This document shows positions 8,261 to 22,179 of a stretch of DNA of 64,000 nt, in pieces. The DNA is from Trichoplax sp. H2 (lineage: Eukaryota). Each line of letters begins with the position of its first letter. Positions within the stretch are counted from its first letter, which is position 1. The stretch is from NCBI GenBank assembly GCA_003344405.1, contig NOWV01000274.1, positions 1-64,000 on the forward strand, read 5' to 3'. The position numbers and the translations under genes are program-made. The notes beneath the pieces are model-generated. The model was not told the DNA's origin. It did not search any database and worked only from the letters and a program-made list of their open reading frames with translations.

Positions 8261-11200
8261 TCCCTCCACAATTTGTATATGTTACTCTAGGGAGATACTC
8301 CCAGACAATTAATACAACTTATTGTGGGCTCAGTTTGTAAATAACACTAATGAATAGTAACCAATTAATGAGTCAATCGATGAGCATGGGCTCAGCACCA
8401 ATATGAGTAATTAATTGCAAGAGCAGTGCGCTCCCATAAGGTAATCCTATATTAAGCAATATTATAACCAGCTAGATATAATTAAACCTTTGTTGATTGC
8501 TCCATTTATAATAATTGTAAACAACCAGTATTAATGCCCTATGGTTGTCTACCAAAACGGTAAACAACCCGGGTTAATCAATTATTATTACTTATTTTAT
8601 AATTTACGGAGCTATGCTTCGTAACAGTTGTGTATTACTATCTAGAGTTAATACTAACAACTGTATTGAAAGTTCGTGCTACTCTCACTTAGCGTAGAGA
8701 CAAGAAATTAAACACGTAATTGAAGTTATTGTAAAACTGACTACTAACTCTGCTCTCTCTTTATTGTATTGAAAAGTGGCGGCTTATATACGTACACCGT
8801 TGACTTTTACGACGCATAATAATTACAAGTTTGTGTAACAGTGAATTCGCTAGTGTACGCAGTACAATCCACCATTAACACGTAGAATGAACAAGTGTAT
8901 GTTACATTTGTAGAATACTATAATTATTCAATCACAAGTATTATTATGTAACTTGTGACAGTAGCGAGTTATAACGTACTAACTTTAGGTATTATCGAAT
9001 TAGCGCAAACACACAAAAACAGTCTTAACCGTACTATTACTGACTGACACTGTATATAGTATTACATCGTACAATCTAACAAAAATATACCGTAGTATTA
9101 TAATACGTAGGAACTTTACTCAGCAACGACGGTCAATTGATGTTACACATCTATACTGAATCGTGAAATGCAGGATGCTTTTTGCCCGTATCCTGTGTGA
9201 CTGAGACAAGAGTATAAATGTTACGGCTAAAACCCGAATTCCGGCTGTTGAAAAACGATTAATGTGATCAGCGTTAAACTTAAAGCACTGACATAGCTAG
9301 CTAAAGCCCGAAGTTCTAGAATTTTGCTCTTAATTCGGATTGAAGCTGGATCAATTCAAGATATGAATATGAAGTTGTTAACTTGAGTTCCATCTGAAGG
9401 CGTAGCAGTAAGCAATAGCCTCTCCTAGGCTTAAAAGTCCTTGCTAGTCAAGTGCCTCAACTTACATTGCTACTTGTTGACTCTAAATTACGAAGTCAGA
9501 ATAAGTAAGTTTCCTCTACTAAAGGTCTTCAGAGGAAATTGGAGATCTTATAGAGAAAGTAGTCAAGTAGGAAGATCGTCACAAGGCTGCATTGTGAAAC
9601 CTCGATCCTTCACAAAAAAAACAACCCTTGTTATGATATGCAGTAGTAGTAATAGATAGTAAAACCATGATCTCATTTTAATGTGCTATCAAGCTGTACT
9701 GTTGTGATTGATAGCTAACAAAAATGCAATCGCATTTCGATGCGATAGAGAGTAAAGCTATAGTTCGTGGAATCTCAATAAATCTTACTAAATCAAGATT
9801 ATTGCATTCATTTATCTTATTCGCAAAAGATACAAATAATTATAATTATGAGATCATTTAAAATCAACTAGAGTAGCAAGTAAGCCCAACTTTACGCTAA
9901 TTCACTGCAGTGATATTTAGTTCTATACCAAGAAGTAGAGAAAGCGTTTCCGAAACAACGATGTTCCTCTTGACTACTACAATACCCTAATTTCCCCTTC
10001 TTATTGCACCTATCAAAGAAACACAGTTTCTTTCCTAACATATTTTCTAATGAATACTATGTAGGACTGATTTAGATATCGTACAAGTAAATGCGCCCTT
10101 CAAAGAATATGTTATGGATATAAAGAATATCAAATTTACCAACACTGAAGACTATTTATGATGCATAGAGTAAGAGAGTTGATGAGAGTATCAGTGGTAA
10201 CCTGTTGCTACTAATGGAATAGTTAAAGTATGCCTTCAGGGTTAAAATCTACGCTATTAATTTTGAGAATTGAAATCTTAACCATAATCCCGGCAATTTA
10301 TAGATTATTAAATTATATTATCTATGCAGGTGTCTTATAAAGATTTTTTAGGACAAAGCACGCTATTTTTCTCGAAGAATCGGTTCAGTAGAGACTGAAA
10401 TCTTACGAGCTATTTTTTCGAAAATAAAGAAATAATCTCGCTAAAGTTTATACACTTATGCAGATAAGTAGAGCTTTTATAATTACCCAATAACTGATCT
10501 TTTAAACTTTACTGTCAGTGTTTATTTCAAAAAAGATTACAATACTTTATCAATGTTTAACCGCCTTACAGAAGGATTAAATGTACCTGTGAATATTTTT
10601 TTCACCTTTGAGTTTTCTTTGAAAAAGTAATGACTCTTCAGACTTTGCGAAACGTTCGAATTTGAGATTTTACCGAAAGTCTATTCCTATAAATGTCATT
10701 CTAGAATACAATGTACCTGAGGAAATACAAAGTAATCATCCCCAAGGGACACGAAAATTTCCCATCCTTCCAATGATGTGCTTCAAAGAACTAACAATAA
10801 CTTCGTTCCCATTTGTCATCTTTGCATTCAAATTGTTTCGAATTGACGTAGAAATCTTTAAAATTCTTTAATGGATAATAAACCTATTCAAGTGCGAACG
10901 CATAATTATTTACAAGAGGTAATTTAGGCGGGAGCAATACTATGGCAAAGTGATTATAATTATAATTGGACCTATATTGAATGGCGAGCGCGCGTTTACC
11001 CGATAGGGGTAAAATACCTGTTACAGTGCTACACTGTTACAAACAATAACCTCTTAATACATCTTTTAATTATGGTGTACCAGAACTCTTTATTCTATTA
11101 CCTCTACTTTTCTTAGAAATATAGTTTAAAAATAAAAGTGTTATTCAATTCAGTTTTTCTTGCATTTTGTGCCGACATTGATCGTAGAATTAGAAATAAA

Positions 11201-12271
11201 CGACATCAATGAGCAATCATAGTGTAGTCGCTCTTAACTTTGAATAAATTATTAGATTGCATCGGTTGGTACACTGAAACAAAATTGCCAATCAATCAAC
11301 ATTATTACTGTATATATCTACGATCGACCCCCTACCATTCTTACTGAATGTTGAGATTACAACAAGCTGTAGATACCAGATGATGCAAGCATCAACAATT
11401 TCTGAATAATATCTAACACGGCAGTATCGAAGGCCAAAGCACAATTAAGTATTTATATAACTATCAAAGCATGGTATTAACTATAACTTTACATCTTATT
11501 TCAGCAACTGGAAGAACGTTAATTATTTTTTTGAAGGTTAAAATAAAGATCAAATAGGGAGTACTATTAGAATGATTAGCCAAAAAGGTTTCAGTAGGAA
11601 ATTACAATAATCCAAAATCAATCAAAGTATTACCTTAGCATTATTTTTATGAAACCGATGAAAGAAATGCATATTCGTATAATCATTAGAGCTAGATATT
11701 GTGTGGTATATTATTTCAGGTTGTGTATTCTTAATATGTAGCTTAACGCTTAATTCTTGTACTTGGTAATATCTTGCAATATATGTATGTTTGTATTTTA
11801 TAAAATCTGGACTATAATACAATACTAATAAGGCCTAATTTCCATGCTAGCTATTGTCACAAATCTAAATTTGTAATCTAAGAAAAATTTAACTATAATA
11901 GAATCTAAACGCTTCGAGCCGATACAATAGTTTCAGCTAATTGTAGTAGTAATTGCAGTACGGTAGCATTAAGAAGTAGAATAGTCTACTATATTTATAA
12001 GGTAATTTCATGATTGCTGATGATGAAAAGGAACACTTATACCTTTCGTTCATGTGTGTATAAGGCCACAGTAACCAGCTATACCGGGTGATATTTTTAT
12101 ATAATATCTTCATATATTATCGTGGAGATGAAGTCGATTATCCGGCTTATCTTAGCCACTTTCGACTGCTATTATGAGGGAAGAAAACTGAATGCTTCTC
12201 TTGTCAAGCGTTCTATTAATAAACGGTTACTTTTAAGGTTATGCACGGTGTTTGCCTGATCTTGTGTCGCG

Positions 12272-12352
12272 TTAGAGATTTGCTCATTTTAATAACCCAG
12301 ATTTGAGTTAGATGATTGCGAACCTAAGGGGTTGTAAAACCCAAGTACTACA
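12272..12352. repeat. Dispersed ~80-bp repeat, copy 1 (copy 2 at 14708-14790)
   Basis: ttagagatttgctca.ttttaataac.ca..tt.gagttag..gattgc.aacctaag.ggttgtaaaacccaag.actaca is present at both sites. Confidence 0.85.
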
Positions 12353-13849
12353 GCCAACTATAAGGTTCGTCTTGCCTGATATCTACTTATAGTACGATTC
12401 TACATACTGACGATCCTCTATCGTCATATGGAATAATGATACCTCTAGTCTCTTATTAGACAAAACTGAATCCAAACTTATTAAAAAATTAATCGATTTA
12501 TAGTAAATCGACATTAAGATTAATTATCAGTTGATAGATAATATTATAAAAGTATACAGCAATCTATTAAAAATATGTAAAACATTATAGATAAATTAAT
12601 ATGAATACATTCCTAGATAAGTTATCTCATGCCAATTATGTTACGACAGCAATGCAAAAGTTACTCCATAACAATATTAGTTAATGTTAATAAGGCGATC
12701 TTCTGATTTACAATATGATTAACTGTTTTATAAGCATATGCATTGCAATGTCAGAAAGGGATAAATACTTCGTATTTTAATAAAGCAACTCTTGCAAAAT
12801 GCCAGTAAATTTTCCATTAAAATGAGCGAGTACATATCGTACATAAAGCAATACATTAAAAGAAAAATTAATAGCTAGAGCCTCTTACTATGCATCATAT
12901 GCTTCCTTATACCATGCTGTTACACTGTTATATACTGAGAACATGCATGGGCCTTCCAGTACCTAGATCTGAAGACCTAATTATGGTATTTGCTGATTGC
13001 TTGAGGTACTCCGACTAAAGTTCTAGACACGCTTACAATTTTACTTCTTTATTCAGTTGTTGTAATCAGTTCTATGTTACTAACATGCGCATTCCTTATA
13101 GACGTATACTATGCATTAAATACGGTTTCAATGCTGCACCAAACCGATATCTACATAACTCGTACATCAATGAATTGGGTGATTAGCTTTAAACTACACC
13201 GACGGTAACAACCGTAGTTTCAGTGATATAGTATAATAAATACAAAATCATAACAATTGCTCATCGATAAATATCAGTAAAGTAAACTACTTTCCAACAA
13301 TGATAACATTCCTTGATATCGAAGCAAAGTTCGAGCAATTCCTTGTATTTCAGGTACGCAATTTCTATTAAAACAATAGCAATCCTAATACTATAATTTT
13401 AATATCGTTTATTTCTTAGTACACACAGTATCGGAGTTAGGATATAGGCTATATAAGATATAAAATTTATTATAGTATCTCCTTCAAGGTACTAAGAAAT
13501 CTCGAATTACTTGAAAATTTAGTTAAGTTAGTGATTGCATATCGACAATTTATTGCTAAGTAGTGATCGAGTGAAAATTGTGGACAACGCTCCGACAACC
13601 ATTATTATAGACAACTTTACGCGCTTTAACCTTCATCCATGGTTTTTATTATTTTACGCCACTACTTGGTTAATCGATGATGACAGTCCGAAATCTATTT
13701 TGCTATCATTGTCATCGCAAGTACATCTTTCGAAGATTGCAGTTTTTAAATCAAAAAAATTATTTCAGTTATCGATCGCTAGGATTAGGATCGTAACAAA
13801 TGTATAAATACTTGCTTACAATAAACTGAACATGTTCTAGTTAATATTG

Positions 13850-15395
13850 AATTGAGAGATGCGAACAGTTATCGAATAATCGATTGTGGAGAAAATGATA
13901 TCTTGCCATTATGACTGATCGGACTATTTAAATTAGCACTACCATTTTAAAGGAAACTTTATTTTACTTGGCCCTCATACGCATGTTGCAATATATATAA
14001 TGTATGTTGTAACCTCTGAATTGAATTTTGTCTATATATATACTCCTGTAACATCATGGAGATTCAGCAATCATATGATCAATAGTGGCTATCACAATAC
14101 AGGCTATACCTATAATCAGCGAATGAATGAATTCAATGCTAATTGGTCGAGTTATCGTATATCTAAGAGTCGCGTGGAAAAGTATAAGATTCAGTCGGAA
14201 TAACTCTCTAGAGATTGGTTTATAGTTTCGATTCTATTAAAGTCGATAATTGTGACTATCTACGTTTTCAGTACGTGAACTTTGACGTGCTGACTCAAGA
14301 TAGTCATGGTTGTGTCACAACTTAGTAGTTGGAACAAGAAAAACACAAGCTAACTTAAGACACTAAGTCAAGTTTTTTAGCTAAAGTCATTAACAATAGT
14401 TATCTTTATTTTAAGAGAAACTCTGGTTCTATAGAAAATGTTCAAGCGTAAACATATTATTGCTATCTCTATCTTTTAATTTAATATTCATCACCCTAGT
14501 AAATATGTAAACAGATTTCCTACGTCATCTCACTTTTTATAAGACTCTTGTATAGAACAGCATTCGGCGACTAATACCTTAAACATGTAACCATAAAATT
14601 TTAATATCAAAATACTCTTATAATAGTTTTACTAAATTTAGTATAAGTAAGGTATCGGTATATCAGCAAATACATAGAATCATCTACAAACATAGACATG
14701 TTCCACATTAGAGATTTGCTCAATTTTAATAACTCAAGTTTTAAGTTAGTCGATTGCAAACCTAAGAGGTTGTAAAACCCAAGCACTACATCAACCTACA
14801 ATTATTCTAGTATCTAGGTAAATTATAGTACTAGAATTCTTATACTAGGATTTTGTGTCAAAGTATTATTAATTTTAAGTTAATAAGTTATATTTTATTA
14901 TTATTATAAGCTTTAATACAAGACAACTAACGTAAAATTGCTTAATAAACTGCATTTAAGTATACTTTATACTTTACATAATTACATACTATATAATCTA
15001 TATATTAAAATAATTTTTTTGTGCGCGTGTGTGTATACTTTTCAGTATATACTACTTTATTCACTTAATTTCTTAACTTACAAAGATCGATTTGTAAAAT
15101 TTCATTTTCTTACAGAGGATGGGCATTGGTCTTCGATTAGCTGATTATATTAATGTGAAGGGATCTGGATGCGAAAACTGTAAAGTATACTTTATTCAAC
15201 ATTTAGGCTACTTTTTTGCCACCCTATGATACCACACACGTGAATGTTGCGAAATTACCTTCCGTAGTGTTTATCAGCAAGAATTTAAAATAATTAATCA
15301 ATTTATTGGTTATTGCGATGTAAATGAACATAATTCTCAATTTCGATGCCAGAATAATCAAAATTCGACAACCAAGCTATGGTTTGGTGATAAGC
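13850..15395 (+). pseudogene. Pseudogene A of the secreted Cys-containing family (related to 22180-23315, 35490-37557, 44931-46575), split by a ~800-bp insertion
   Basis: Fragments GYTYNQRMNEFNANWSSYRISKSRVE (~14100) and ADYINVKGSGCENCKVYF...SQFRCQNNQNSTTKLWFG (15140-15390). Stops and frameshifts are present, and unrelated sequence fills ~14311-15115. Confidence 0.65.
14708..14790. repeat. Dispersed ~80-bp repeat, copy 2, inside the insertion splitting pseudogene A
   Basis: Direct sequence similarity to 12272-12352. Confidence 0.85.
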
Positions 15396-17307
15396 ATCCA
15401 ATCCTATAAGGTTAACCTGCAATAGTTAAAGCAATTTCTACTGGCAGAATAATAAGATCACCGTTGTTAATTTTAGATGTGGATGCCCTACTGCGCTAGT
15501 ATGCTAGTAGTTTTATGAAATGTTCCAATCAACTTTAACTTCAGCATCATCCTATTTTATCGAACTTTCTTCAAATGACAACTACGTATTCTGATTCTAT
15601 GTTAATTAAATATCGGCTTAGATATATCTATTTCAGTAGCCAATGATTTTATAACGAAAGAAATGGACGTGAGTTGTAACGAATGTTAGTACAGCCAATA
15701 ATATCATAGAAAATGGATTTTGGGATCATGTAAGTAGATTAATAGTTTGGAATTGATTTCATTGCTAAGATATAATGATTCACAATTATATACCAAATTA
15801 TTTAATCATTCTATTGAGCTAGAGAAAATTTTTTCGCCAATTGACCTATCTAATAAAATAATCTAATAATGTATAGATTTAAAGATCTCATCATCATTTT
15901 CTCCATCACCGACACCTATAAAGCGCTTGACTAAACAGTTTGGCCAAACCAATTCATTTGCAAATAAAGGTAAGTATCTGAATACTGCGTTAGCTTCAGA
16001 CTGATAAAAATCTCATCAAGGTTAGCCACCACCATCAATTAATGTTCATGAAAAAGTATATAACCGCAACATACAGTAACATACGTGCACAATATTTTCA
16101 ATTTTGCCAGCTACAAAAAAATTGGAGGACAGTTTGAAATACGAATAATTAATTATATAATTAAGCATCATTATAATGTTGATTATTATTGATTACCTCT
16201 CTACTTTTTCAAATACATGATACGAGGCTATATTAGCAGATATTACAAAGTAATAATATACATCGCACAGCAATCCCTCAATTCCAAATCGAACGTCGAA
16301 ATCTATAACGTAAAAATTAAAGTCACTACTAGAAATTATCGTATATATATATATGTTATATATGTTATTGTTTATGTTATATACTACTATCCGAGCTCAT
16401 CTATGCCTTCTCTCAGGTTTATCCTTCTCAATATCTATAGCTTATAGTACAATTCTAAATGCTGACAATTTTCTATCTTCAGGAGATGTAGTGAAGTTCA
16501 TTCTAAACACCCAGTGTAGGCAACTTATAGAGAGTAGATCGGAAAATTGCAAACGTCCTCTAAGATATATATAGTAAGCATGCATAAAGAACAAGGTACG
16601 GGTATGAATGGATATGTTGACCATTGCCAGAATGCGATAGATTATGTACTTTATATACGCTATCGCCAATTGTCGTTACTAAATCATTAAGAATTAAAAA
16701 CAGCCTAAAGATCATGCGGTTGCAAGACCCTCTCTAATGATACAAATAAACACGCATGTATATAATCATTAAATACGCGTATATTAGTGTATAGTTATAG
16801 CTGCCATATTAGAACAATGGTCTAATATTACTCTAATTAATCAAACTACCGCCTAAATGGTAGAATAAATGTATTTGTTGTTGTCATAGTTTGCTTATTA
16901 CTGCTATTGTAGACACAACTGAGCTACTTTAGTTTTCACTTCCGCGTTCCTAAGTATCCCTTATCGTAGATAATATACAAGTTACCCCCACTCTATTCAC
17001 TAAGAATTATGTCATGTATTCATACCTGTACTAATGAACGATGTTTAATAAAGTGTATTAGAATCAGTTTATATGAAAAGCAGCCGCGTTGTGTATCAAG
17101 CTCTAGAAGTTGCAAAAGTTTTTGCTATATGAGTAGGAAGAGTAGAAAAGTACCGATTATTTTCCAATAAAACAGAAAGATTAATACTACATTTTTATAG
17201 CAGAAACGATAAGTAAATAATGCAGTGGGTTTGCAGAAAAGAATCTTCTAGTTATCACTGTAGCTAAAGCGATATTCTAAACCCGAGCGATAAAGTTAGC
17301 TAGGGAG

Positions 17308-18288
17308 ATGGCCGCAAAGTCAAAAAACCGCAAATGTAGCGGAAATCATAAAAAGAGACTATTTGTCGGAGAAAATACTTTTCGCGGTATTTGGTCATTG
17401 CTCAAGAAGCATAAAGGTAACCATCCAAATTTAGGGGAATCTATTACTGCCTCAGAAATTAATCTTCTAAATGAACGCAATGAAATGTCATGTGGTTATT
17501 GTGATAAAAAAAATGGCCAGCATTATAAACGTGAATTTTGTAGCAAGTTTTGCCGTCGCATCGAAGGATTAAAAAGTCGTGGAGTAACAGTAATTTTGGG
17601 CCTAGACGCAGAGAAAATCCATGAGCATTCGCAAACAAAAAATGAAAAATTTGATCGTATCCACTGGAATTGCCCTCATGATGGATCAGATTATCGAGAA
17701 CAAACTTTGCCTCTGATACTCAAGCGATTCTTTGAATCATCATCTAAAGTACAGGATAAAGGAGGCAGAATTCATGTTACTCTAGCGCAAACGGAGGAAA
17801 AATGGGCATTTTACCAAGGGTATATTTATAATATTACTGCTGCAGCAGAATCTAATAGTTATAGCTTATATGCTAAAAGATCTTTTGGGCCTGAAAGGTA
17901 TCCTGGTTATTGCCATCGAAAAACAAAAAGTAGAGAAAATGCACTGGCCGCGAATAGGTTAAGAGAGTTTGTTTTTGTTAAGGTTGATAATCAGACGGAT
18001 TGCTGTGACCAGGATACCGAAACTGATATCTTTTATGGAGAAAAAAGGAAATACTATACCAGAAATACAGATAATGAATCTTCAAGCTACTCAAAGTCTG
18101 CCACGTCTTCAATAACTTCAAGCAACGATGATAGTAGTTCTAGCAATCATACATATGAATCTTTAAGCAATTCTAATAACGATACTGATACAGATATATT
18201 TGGTTTCTTAGCAATTTCAAGTGACGGCACTGATACTGATGTTAGTACTGAATTTTTAACCGAGATAATGCACAATCTAGCCAATTAG
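17308..18288 (+). CDS. Intronless BMT5/DUF2431-like SAM-dependent (rRNA uridine-N3 type) methyltransferase-domain protein with a Ser/Asp-rich tail, 326 aa
   Basis: Motif series LFVGENTF...GVTVILGLDAEKI...FDRIHWNCPH...FFESS...GGRIHVTL...YNI..AA...F...YPGY.HRKT matches the DUF2431 pattern (LLVGEGNFSF, GVDAT, FDRIIFNFPH, GEIHVT, YPGY). Confidence 0.8.
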   Translation: MAAKSKNRKCSGNHKKRLFVGENTFRGIWSLLKKHKGNHPNLGESITASEINLLNERNEMSCGYCDKKNGQHYKREFCSKFCRRIEGLKSRGVTVILGLDAEKIHEHSQTKNEKFDRIHWNCPHDGSDYREQTLPLILKRFFESSSKVQDKGGRIHVTLAQTEEKWAFYQGYIYNITAAAESNSYSLYAKRSFGPERYPGYCHRKTKSRENALAANRLREFVFVKVDNQTDCCDQDTETDIFYGEKRKYYTRNTDNESSSYSKSATSSITSSNDDSSSSNHTYESLSNSNNDTDTDIFGFLAISSDGTDTDVSTEFLTEIMHNLAN

Positions 18289-20089
18289 TTCTCAGAATAA
18301 ACTAACGCGATGAGATTACTGTAGTGTATTTAGAATATACTGTAACTATATTCTACTCTTCAATATAGACATGTTGTATTGCTCTTATATTTAGACATAT
18401 CTACAGTCAGCTTACTTCACATTCATATATAGGCTACTGTATTTAGTTATTACAGTACTCGTTGTTTGCTACAATCATCAGATATGTTGTAACCTGTTAT
18501 GGTATATGTTGTATCTAATCCTATAATCATGTTCTCTGCCTGTATTCTAATGCTATAGCAATAAATACCGCCGTTTTCTACCTTAGATTTCTTAAGTTGC
18601 ATTATTAGTTACAGTTAGTATTCATACTTTACTCACGGCAGCTACCACGCTGATCTACCGTAATTATCACATTGTACCTAACTACTATCTACAATAAAGT
18701 ATCCTCCTTTCTTAAGCTCTTTATGCAATTCTCTGCATGGCAACTAAAACTACATCTGACTCTTCGGACCCTCCATCACAATTACGAAACAGTTAGTCGA
18801 ATTTTTCAGATTTTTTTAGAGGGCTCCGATAATAGTAGTTCGGATTAATTTGGTGGATTTTAAAGTAATCCAAATCTGGCTTGGCAACAGTTCACGCCTA
18901 GATAGCATGTAAGAAAATAAAGACTTTCACTGCAATAATTCAGAACTGTAATGTAATAATAAACCATCAATAAGCAAACAAGAACCTAAGTTACATTATC
19001 ATGAGCTTATAAACTCCTATGCGCGATTTTTAATTATAAATATGTTTTTCAATTCATTAATTCACGATAACCAAGTCATCTGCAATCTTGAATAAATTAT
19101 CACTAGAAGTAGTCTCGTTCTGATTGATAATTAATCCATAGATCTTACCATCTAAATCTTGTTGTAGTGCTTTATATATAATGACTCTTCCAATAATGTC
19201 CAACATAATAATGTATATAGCACATTAACCCTAACTAAAATGATTAAGATGGCGGAAATGATCTTTATTGTTCAAGTTTTTGTATTTTAGTTCCATCTTG
19301 CTTTTTAAGATCAACTATAAGCTTTTTATATTGTTTAATAGATAAAATTGATAAGAGATATAAAAATTTGATGTATTTCATGATTTTTTGATTAGTTTTA
19401 TGGCCATTTTTTAAGGAAGTCATACAGTATTTTTGTCGGGACTTTGCGTAATTAATTACTAAATCAAGCAGATTATTAAAGATAATTTTAGGCATGTTAG
19501 GTCAATATGTGTTAAGTTTTACTCTAGAGGCGATCAAGAGCTCTAAAAATCCTATAAATGGCGGCATAGTTAGAAATTAAGGGAAAAAAATCATTTTTTT
19601 GAGATTGAATTAGGAGTTTAAAGGCCAGCATTCGTCACCGGTGGAATGCAAGTGAAATTCAAGTTGTCTTTGTAAGGTTTTTGACTGTTTCGGTCTTTTG
19701 TTTTCTTATTTTTTCGTTTGCAAACGGTAGCGATTTACAATTTGTAGAGTTGTTCGTTGATATACCGCATTCTTCAAAGATGTTAAATAAATAAATTTAT
19801 GTTTGATTGTTTCTCAACATGCTTGGCGTTTAAGCCATATTAAGTAGAACAGAGCGTGCAAATCGGACTTACAGTACATGAAATATACGTAAATTAATCT
19901 AATAGCATTTTATAAAATTATCAGATTTGTGCACCGTACTTTGCTACGAGTAGTAATTGCAGATAGTAGATAATGATTTTTCATGTTATTAAAGTCCTAA
20001 TATTGCTTTAGATGATCAGACTGAAATTAATCTGTAATTAAATATTCAAATCCTAGTATGTTATTGCTACGTAAACATCCGTTATCAAT

Positions 20090-20668
20090 ACTTAGATATC
20101 GATGAACCAGCCCAGATTATACCTCCTCCAAACTAAATTCGGAAACGTGCTGAGCTAGTCTAGTTTATATACGGGTATAGTCTTTTCTAATCTAGGTTAT
20201 ATATTACTAGTACCTATATAAACTATCGTGGATTAACTACTATCTATACATTGCCAGCAAATTTATTTTATAAAACCTATACTACGGGTGCTACTTAAAA
20301 GTAACTCTGTAACAGTCCTTTTGGCTCTATTTACGTTATCTAATCCTAACAGTGATGCAATTAATAATATTTAGGTAATATATTATTATAAAGTAAATAT
20401 CATTTATCAGATGCTGCACTTAGATATCGATGAACCTCTTTAGACTGCATCCACTCCAAAGTGTAATCGGAAATATTCTGGGCTAGTCTAATTTTATGCC
20501 CTGTATAGACTAGGTTAGTCCAAATTATACGCGTATTACAAATACGTACGAATATACCTCGTATACCGTGTACTATGACTGCTACGCAAAAGTTACTCCC
20601 CAACAGTCCTGTCCTGTCTTATTTAAATTTTCTAATCCTAATAGCTATGCAATTTATAATATTGAGGC
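20090..20668. repeat. Diverged tandem duplication (~250-290 bp, copies at 20090-20375 and 20418-20668)
   Basis: Both copies begin acttagatatcgatgaacc and share gctagtcta, aaaagt.actc, aacagtcct and ctaatccta..ag..atgcaatt.ataatatt.agg. Confidence 0.85.
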
Positions 20669-22179
20669 CATTAGGCTTATCATATTGTCACAAAACTTAT
20701 GTTGCGAACTACTACACTAAACTAATAGATTACTTATGCCTTGCTTCACTACACCTTGAGATCTACTGTATGGTAGTCCTTTACTACTTTCGGTCACACA
20801 GGGATAAGACTGTTCTAAAAGATTAGTATAGTTGTTATTAGTAGAGTAGCCGAGTACCTTCTCGTACACGATCTTATAATGAACTCAGGAACTGAGCATT
20901 CGCTCGTCCTTAAATACCCTTCCACTAAATTTGTGGTGCACACATATTAACTTGACAATATAAGATTTACATGATTTGTATAGGAGGACAGCGATTTCTA
21001 AGGGGCGGCGATACACACCCTATTTTCTTCAAAAGAGTAATTATTGTTTGTGGGAGTTTGGTAGTTTCTTTCACTTGCGCTATACAATAATATATAGTTT
21101 AAAAGTAAATGTCTTCGTTACTGTGTCGAAAAAATTAAAATAGAAAGACTTTCGTGGCAGGAAAAGCCAGTGCCAATAGTGATTACTAGCCTTTCTATTC
21201 GTCTGAATAGGGTACTACTAATCTTATCACTTATTAATTAATTGATCTATTTTAGTACTTATATTGGCAAATTTCCAGGTTCCAAGATAGCGATGAAAGC
21301 ATTCTGATATTAAACACATATAGCGTTGGTGGAGCATCCTGTCAGTATAACTAGGAGCATTATACACATCGGCTCCATTATAAGTCTAATTTTATATAAT
21401 GCTTATAATGTAGTTGCATATTATACGATAGAAAGTCTTTACGGTAGCTGATATTTGTTGAAACCATTCTGACTACTAAATCATACTAATGAGATCCTAA
21501 ATTATTTTCAATCGGTCTGAAGCTGATTCTGTCTGATTCTAATTCAGTTTGCGATATATATACATTCATTTCAACAATTGCAGCTATCTAAAGCTTTTCT
21601 CGCCATTTACTTACCCTAAATTGAAATCAAACTTATCATCCTCATCCTGTACAAATCCATACATGAAGATAAACTAGATTGTTTATGTAATTAGGTTTAA
21701 ATCTTTGCATTTATTTATAAAACCGAGCTGCATTATTTCGATTAACATTAGCATTCTTTGATGATGTAATATTGTATTAATCGACTTAAGAGAACAAGAA
21801 CATAATTACCTAGCATGGTAACACTGTAAATAAATAAATTTAATTGGCATAAAGCTATTAAACAATGATCGATATTAGCTATCTGTAGGATGGTTATACA
21901 TTAAATTTATGTGCATGAACTTAAAGCGCAATTAGCATCATCAACGAAACGTGATCGATTTCAAAATAAATACAGGCAGAACACCAACAGTTGATAGCGT
22001 ACAGCACGGCTCTTATTTATGCTTTTGTGCGTATATTTAAAAAGCATAACGTTGATTTTGTGACTACTACAACTGCTAGCTTTTCTTCTATCGACGTAAT
22101 ATTAGTAATTTTCTATCGTTTCTAGTTCGTTTTCAGTGCAATATATTCTTTTTAAATAATCTATTTTATTATCAAGGAC

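Noticed and set aside
10585..10905. Exon-like - strand segments with CAG|GTAC donors (…RMGNFRVPWDDYFVFPQ)
   Set aside because: They contain in-frame stops and I recognise no family, so a gene call is unsupported.
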